64,000 bases of DNA from an uncultured Rhodospirillaceae bacterium. GTDB taxonomy: Bacteria; Pseudomonadota; Alphaproteobacteria; Rhodospirillales; Defluviicoccaceae. The stretch covers positions 27,580 through 91,579 of the forward strand of contig CAZRWU010000001.1 of NCBI GenBank assembly GCA_964603915.1. The letters run 5' to 3'. The notes beneath the pieces were generated by a model. The model made no database searches and was not told where the DNA came from. It saw only the letters and a program-made list of their open reading frames with translations. The position numbers were made by a program, and so were the translations under genes. Each line of letters starts with the position of its first letter. Within the stretch, counting starts at the first letter, position 1. Positions 58,922 to 64,000 of this stretch are shown here, in pieces.

Positions 58922-59698
58922 TCATGCCAAGCGATCGGGAGCGTCGGTAAAGACGGCGTTCACGCCCCAGGCGAACAGCTTGCGCGCCAGCCGCGGCGAG
59001 TTGACCGTGTAGCAGCGGAGCGGAATTCTCGCAGCAAGCACTGTGGCGGCACGATCGAGAGAAAGCCGGCGCGCATTGCAATGGACTGCCGTCGCGCCGA
59101 TCGCTTCCAGACGGTGTCGCCAGTCCCGCGGAATGGTGTCGATCAGAAGCGCATGCTCCCAATCGGGAACCCCTGCCGCCGACACAGCCAGCGCCAGGGT
59201 GCTGAAGCTCGAAATGATGGGCGGCGGCAGAACGCTCGGCCAGACAGCCTTCAGCGTATGAACCAATGTCTGCGCCGTCTCCGCCTCGCGATCCCAATCC
59301 GCCTTGATTTCGACGTTCGCGCCAAGACCGAGGCCCTTGAGTACGGCCACCGCCTCCGTCAGCGTCGGAATACGCTCTCCGCGAAACGCTGATGAGAACT
59401 TCGCGCCGGCATCGAGCGTCTTGAGTTCGGCGAGATCATGATCGGCGAGGCGCCCCCGGCCGTTGGTGGTGCGTGTCAAATGCTCGTCGTGAAACAGCAC
59501 AAGATGGCCGTCGCGGCTGATCCGGACATCGAATTCCACCCAACGCATCCCCATCTCCGCCGCCTTGCAGAGCGACGCCAGCGTGTTCTCCGGTGCGTGC
59601 GCGGCAACGCCGCGATGTCCGATCAGAGGCCCGACAGGATGACGCCAGGGACGGCGCTCATCGCCGCGACGAGTCATCGGTGGCTGCATGACGAGCAC
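58922..59698 (-). CDS. Glycerophosphodiester phosphodiesterase
   Basis: 258 aa. IGHRGVAAHAPENT, VEFDVRISRDGHLVLFHD and TVNSP are GDPD motifs. Exact start uncertain. Confidence 0.8.
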   Translation of the reverse strand: MLVMQPPMTRRGDERRPWRHPVGPLIGHRGVAAHAPENTLASLCKAAEMGMRWVEFDVRISRDGHLVLFHDEHLTRTTNGRGRLADHDLAELKTLDAGAKFSSAFRGERIPTLTEAVAVLKGLGLGANVEIKADWDREAETAQTLVHTLKAVWPSVLPPPIISSFSTLALAVSAAGVPDWEHALLIDTIPRDWRHRLEAIGATAVHCNARRLSLDRAATVLAARIPLRCYTVNSPRLARKLFAWGVNAVFTDAPDRLA

Positions 59699-59859
59699 TC
59701 TCAGCTCCAGTCATTGGTTAGGCAACCCGGATCAGCGGTCGGCGCGGCGCGAGGCTTGACGGCGCTAGCCGCGCTGTCGAAGCTACGTCCTGCGGCCGCG
59801 AGAAAAATCGAACGCCGGACATCCAACGCCCATAAAACAGACCAATATGAAGGCATATC

Positions 59860-61353
59860 ATGACCACACTCCACCACTTCGTCGCCGGACGCCGCGTCGC
59901 CGGCGCCAGCGGGCGCTTCGGCGACGTTTTCAATCCGGCAACCGGCGCAGTCACCGCCAGGGTTCCCTTGGCGTCCGCCTCTGAGGTCGCTGACGCCGTG
60001 GCCGTCGCGGAAGCCGCTTTTCCGGCATGGGCCGCCACCCCGCCACTGGTCCGGGCGCGCATTCTGTTTCGCTACAAGACGCTGCTTGATCGCTATGCCG
60101 ACGATCTTGTTCGCTTGATCATCGCCGAACATGGGAAAACAGTCGACGATGCTCGTGGCTCTCTCACAAGAGGAATTGAGGTTGTAGAGTTCGCCTGCGG
60201 CATTCCCCACCTGCTGAAAGGCGATTTCTCCGAGACCGTGAGCGGCGGCGTCGATTCGTGGTCGATGCGGCAACCCCTCGGCGTGTGCGTCGGCATCACG
60301 CCATTCAACTTTCCCGCCATGGTGCCGATGTGGATGTTTCCTCTCGCGATCGCCTGCGGCAATACCTTCATCCTCAAGCCTTCCGAAAAGGTGCCGTCTT
60401 GCGCGCTGCGTCTGGGCGAGTTGTTCCAGGAAGCGGGGCTGCCGGACGGCGTTCTCAATATCCTCGGCGGCGACAGTGAAACCGTCGATGCCTTGCTCGT
60501 CGACTCGGGCGTAAAAGCCGTCAGTTTCGTCGGCTCGACGCCGGTGGCGCGACATGTCTATGCCTTGGGCGCCGCTCACGGCAAGCGGGTGCAGGCCCTC
60601 GGCGGCGCGAAAAACCATATGGTCGTGATGCCCGATGCGGACATCGATCAAGCGGTGGACGCCTTGATGGGAGCGGCGTACGGCTCCGCCGGGGAGCGCT
60701 GCATGGCGGTGGCCATCGCTGTCGCGGTAGGCGACGCCGCCGACGCTCTGCGAGAGCGCTTGGCGACGCGGGTGCAAGGCCTGAAGGTTGGGCCGGCTTC
60801 CGATCCGCGGTCGGAGATGGGTCCGCTGATTACCGCCGCGCATCGCGCTCGCGTCATCGATTACGTGAACGCCGGCGTCGCCGAGGGCGCCCAGCTTGTC
60901 GTCGATGGTCGCGGATTGGTCGTGCACGGATGCGACAATGGCTTCTTTCTGGGGGGATGTCTGTTCGATCATGTCCGGCCGGGCATGCGCATCTACGATG
61001 AGGAAATTTTCGGGCCCGTGCTCGGCATCGTGCGAACGGCGGATTTCAAGGGGGCGATGACTCTCGTGAACGCCCATCCATGCGGTAACGGCGCGGCCAT
61101 TTTTACCCGCGATGGCGATGCCGCCCGCATGTTCGCCAGCGCCGCCGCCGCCGGCATGATCGGCGTCAATGTCGCCATACCCGTGCCGATGGCCTTTCAC
61201 AGCTTCGGCGGCTGGAAACAATCACGCTTTGGCGACCTCGCCATTCATGGAAGCGAGGGCGTACAGTTCTACACTCAGATCAAGACCGTTACGTGCCGAT
61301 GGCCTTCCGGAACCGCCGCCGGCGTGCATTACGCCATGCCGACCATGGGGTAA
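59860..61353 (+). CDS. mmsA: CoA-acylating methylmalonate-semialdehyde dehydrogenase
   Basis: 497 aa of the aldehyde dehydrogenase family, with ITPFNFPAM, GERCMA (catalytic Cys) and a typical MmsA N-terminus (HFVAGRRVAG). Confidence 0.9.
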   Translation: MTTLHHFVAGRRVAGASGRFGDVFNPATGAVTARVPLASASEVADAVAVAEAAFPAWAATPPLVRARILFRYKTLLDRYADDLVRLIIAEHGKTVDDARGSLTRGIEVVEFACGIPHLLKGDFSETVSGGVDSWSMRQPLGVCVGITPFNFPAMVPMWMFPLAIACGNTFILKPSEKVPSCALRLGELFQEAGLPDGVLNILGGDSETVDALLVDSGVKAVSFVGSTPVARHVYALGAAHGKRVQALGGAKNHMVVMPDADIDQAVDALMGAAYGSAGERCMAVAIAVAVGDAADALRERLATRVQGLKVGPASDPRSEMGPLITAAHRARVIDYVNAGVAEGAQLVVDGRGLVVHGCDNGFFLGGCLFDHVRPGMRIYDEEIFGPVLGIVRTADFKGAMTLVNAHPCGNGAAIFTRDGDAARMFASAAAAGMIGVNVAIPVPMAFHSFGGWKQSRFGDLAIHGSEGVQFYTQIKTVTCRWPSGTAAGVHYAMPTMG

Positions 61354-61510
61354 TGCACGCCGTCCAGCGGCATGCCCGCGAGACTTGGCAACGCGCCTGC
61401 CGATCGTGAAAATCGCCCTTGGTTATAGGGAAATAAGCGGTCCAGTGTTAGAGTCGTCCTCTCGCGGATGCGCAAGCGACCGCAATACCGTTTTATGGGG
61501 GATACACAGA

Positions 61511-61915
61511 ATGAAAAGCAGAATGCGCAGAACTTGGCTTTACATGGTGTGTGCACTGACGGGAACAGCCGCTGCTGTCGCAGTGTTGGCGGGCGCGCCG
61601 GATGCCGCCGAAGAAGTCAGCTTCAAACTCGACGTCAAACCGATTCTCGACAGCCGATGCACGCAGTGCCACGCCCCTGGCGGCACCGGTTACGAGCAAA
61701 GCGGGCTGGATCTGAGGAGCTACGAAGGCCTGATGAAGGGCACGAAGCACGGCCCGATTGTGGTTCCGGGCGATGCGTTCACCAGCAATCTCAACGTTCT
61801 CATCGAGGGCCGCGCGGCTCGCGACATCCAAATGCCGCACCACCAGCGGCCGTTGCTTCAGGCCCAACAGAGGATCATCGCCGACTGGGTCAAACAGGGA
61901 GCCCGCGACAACTGA
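61511..61915 (+). CDS. Small secreted c-type cytochrome domain protein (PSCyt1-like)
   Basis: ATG 61511 with a signal peptide. VKPILDSRCTQCHAP...LDLRSYEGLMKG...IVVPGDAFTSNL...MP...IADWVKQGA matches the planctomycete-type cytochrome c domain layout. Confidence 0.6.
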   Translation: MKSRMRRTWLYMVCALTGTAAAVAVLAGAPDAAEEVSFKLDVKPILDSRCTQCHAPGGTGYEQSGLDLRSYEGLMKGTKHGPIVVPGDAFTSNLNVLIEGRAARDIQMPHHQRPLLQAQQRIIADWVKQGARDN

Positions 61916-62034
61916 CCGACGCTCCCGGGAGTTGCCGAAGGCCTCCGAGGTCAGCGATTGAACGAACGAAAGCGGTGACGAGCGACCTTAATGACAAGGC
62001 CGCTCGTATCCGCCTGACGCGGCAAAGGACCGTC

Positions 62035-62796
62035 TCAGTGGACGTCCGACCAAATCCTCTTCTTGAGCGCGAACAACAGGGCCGTGAAGGCGATCAGAAA
62101 CAAGATCACCTTGACTCCGAGCCGTTTGCGATCTTCGAGTTCGGGGTAGGACGTCCATGACAGGAACGTCGTGATGTCGTGCGCGTACTGCTCGAGCGTT
62201 CCCTCGGTTCCGTCCTCGTACTCGATCACCCCCTCCATGAGCGGCGGCGGCATGGCGATCTGATGACCGGGGAAGTACGCATTGTAGTACATGCCCGGCC
62301 CCAGCTCGACGTCCTCCGGCGGCTCGTCGCTATAGCCCGTCATGAGAGCGTATAGATAATCGGCGCCTCCCGGCCGTCCGCGAACGATCAGAGAGAGATC
62401 GGGGGGAAGCGCGCCCGCGTTCGCGGCTCGCGCCGCCATTTCGTTCGGGAACGGCGGCGGCATGTAGTCGGCCGCCCGCGCCGGCCGCATGAACATGTCG
62501 CCGACGTCGTCGGGACCGTCCTCGACCTCGTATTCGGCGGCGACCGCCTCGATTTGTTCCGGTGGAAACCCGATGTCCTGGAGATGGCGGAATGCGATGA
62601 AATTCAGCGAATGGCAGCTATGACACGCTTGCGCGTAGACCTGGAAGCCGCGCTGCAGGCTGGCGCGATCGAACGTTCCGAAGAAACCGTCGAATCCCCA
62701 GCTCTGCCGCGGCAGCTCCACTCTCTCGGCCGCGCCAGCCGTTCCGGCAATGGCAAGGAAGGCGCTGAAAGTGGTCACGATCAGTTTCTTGATCAT
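62035..62796 (-). CDS. petC: Cytochrome c1 of the bc1 complex
   Basis: ATG 62796 overlaps the petB stop (ATGA). Signal peptide, CHSCH heme motif and a C-terminal TM anchor. Confidence 0.9.
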   Translation of the reverse strand: MIKKLIVTTFSAFLAIAGTAGAAERVELPRQSWGFDGFFGTFDRASLQRGFQVYAQACHSCHSLNFIAFRHLQDIGFPPEQIEAVAAEYEVEDGPDDVGDMFMRPARAADYMPPPFPNEMAARAANAGALPPDLSLIVRGRPGGADYLYALMTGYSDEPPEDVELGPGMYYNAYFPGHQIAMPPPLMEGVIEYEDGTEGTLEQYAHDITTFLSWTSYPELEDRKRLGVKVILFLIAFTALLFALKKRIWSDVH

Positions 62797-64000
62797 TCGG
62801 CGGCCTCCGGCACGGGCCCTTTCCCCTTCGTCACGGGAGAACTGATGCTGGCGGGCAACGCCAACGGGCGCTCGAAAATGCCGAGCAAGGGCAGGATGAC
62901 AAGGAAGTGGGCGAAATAGTAGGCGGTCGCCGCCTGTCCGATCGGGATCCAGACGCCTTCCGCGGGATTCGCCCCGACAACGCCAAGGACGAAGCAGTTG
63001 ATGACGAAAATCCAGAAGAACACGCGAAACAAGGGACGGAACTTGCCGCTGCGAACCGGCGAGCGATCCAGCCATGGCAGAAACAACAAGACCAGGATTG
63101 ACCCGAACATCAGGATCACCCCGATCAGCTTTGCCGACAGGAACCAAATGTCGAATGTTATTGCCCGCAGGATGGCGTAATACGGCAGGAAGTACCACTC
63201 GGGCACGATGTGCGCCGGTGTCTGCAACGGGTTCGCCTTGATGTAGTTGTCCGGTTCGCCGAAGAAATCGGGAGCGAAACAGATAAACCCGACGAAGAAA
63301 ATCAGGAACACGCCGAGCCCGAACATATCCTTGATGGTATAATACGGGGTGAACGGCAAGGTATCCTGCGGTCCCTTGGTGTCGATACCCAAAGGATTAT
63401 TGGACTTCTTCGTATGCAGCGCCCACAGGTGGACGAAGACAAGGCCGAAAATCACGAACGGCAGCAGGTAATGAAGCGCATAGAACCGGTTCAAGGTCGG
63501 ATTGTCGACGGCGAACCCGCCCCACAGCCAGGTAACGATGCTTTCTCCGAAGAACGGAATGGCCGAAAACAGATTGGTGATGACCGTGGCGCCCCAGAAG
63601 CTCATTTGCCCCCACGGCAGCACATAGCCCATGAACGCCGTCGCCATCATTGTCAGCAGGATAATGACGCCGGTCATCCACAGCAGCTCCCGCGGCGCCT
63701 TGTACGACCCATAGTACAGGCCACGAAACATGTGGATGTAGACAACGATGAAGAACGCCGAGGCGCCGTTCATATGCATGTAACGGATGAGCCAACCGTA
63801 ATTCACATCGCGCGTAATACGGTCCACGCTCTCGAACGCATGATCGACATGCGCCGTGTACTGCATGGCGAGAAAGATGCCGCTGGCGATCATGATCACC
63901 AGAACGGTGCCCGCCAGCGAGCCGAAGTTCCAAAAGTAGTTGAGATTCTTCGGCGAAGGGTAGTCGACCAGGTGATCGCGCATCATGGTGAACACCGGCA
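62793..64000 (-). CDS. petB: Cytochrome b of the bc1 complex (5' end outside the window)
   Basis: [17 protein letters not shown]..., [13 protein letters not shown]. The N-terminus is shorter than usual, so the true start probably lies beyond 64000. Confidence 0.9.
   Translation of the reverse strand, partial: PVFTMMRDHLVDYPSPKNLNYFWNFGSLAGTVLVIMIASGIFLAMQYTAHVDHAFESVDRITRDVNYGWLIRYMHMNGASAFFIVVYIHMFRGLYYGSYKAPRELLWMTGVIILLTMMATAFMGYVLPWGQMSFWGATVITNLFSAIPFFGESIVTWLWGGFAVDNPTLNRFYALHYLLPFVIFGLVFVHLWALHTKKSNNPLGIDTKGPQDTLPFTPYYTIKDMFGLGVFLIFFVGFICFAPDFFGEPDNYIKANPLQTPAHIVPEWYFLPYYAILRAITFDIWFLSAKLIGVILMFGSILVLLFLPWLDRSPVRSGKFRPLFRVFFWIFVINCFVLGVVGANPAEGVWIPIGQAATAYYFAHFLVILPLLGIFERPLALPASISSPVTKGKGPVPEAAE

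Noticed and set aside
1-64000. Search for tRNA/rRNA genes, CRISPR arrays, IS elements or transposases, integrases, prophage genes and known defence genes
   Set aside because: None found. All intergenic gaps are under 500 nt. I saw no regularly spaced repeats, and no ORF has transposase, integrase, nuclease-helicase or toxin-antitoxin hallmarks apart from the RatA/COQ10-family START protein.

Overview
High-GC (about 62-65% by eye) alphaproteobacterial chromosome segment. Gene order and content suggest Hyphomicrobiales/Rhizobiales, but that placement is a low-confidence inference. The window is densely packed with about 59 protein genes and is almost entirely core metabolism and respiration. 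I found no rRNA, tRNA, CRISPR array, transposase/IS element, integrase or recognisable defence gene.

Genes I recognise:
- Carbon storage: GH13 amylase and phaC.
- Amino-acid and DNA functions: aminotransferase-hom-recJ, nrdJ (class II ribonucleotide reductase), aat, mtnA/mtnP.
- Central metabolism: PPi-phosphofructokinase, pccB/pccA, mmsA, hemA.
- Respiration and quinone handling: pntAA/pntAB/pntB, cydAB, petB/petC, an NDUFA12-like protein, and COQ8/UbiB-like, COQ9-like and COQ10/RatA-like proteins.
- Envelope: two MlaD/MCE genes plus DUF2155, EipB, a PagL-like deacylase, and a complete pspF-pspABC phage-shock module with a textbook sigma-54 promoter.

The least ordinary locus is a minus-strand trio at 19.6-21.7 kb. 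It holds a GGDEF diguanylate cyclase, a translationally coupled 162-aa orphan protein, and a methyltransferase-like gene that I read as RquA (rhodoquinone biosynthesis). The RquA-like gene has visibly atypical codon usage.

Other items worth a second look:
- A perfect 33-bp direct repeat shared between the leader and the coding region of a compositionally mosaic ion-transporter gene.
- A COQ10-like gene directly upstream of cydAB.
- A YgaV-like ArsR regulator divergent from tusA.
- An MBL-rhodanese fusion with a variant metal motif.
- A G9 homopolymer inside an MCE gene.

I cannot demonstrate a genuinely new system from sequence alone. The candidates are hypotheses, each listed with an explicit test.
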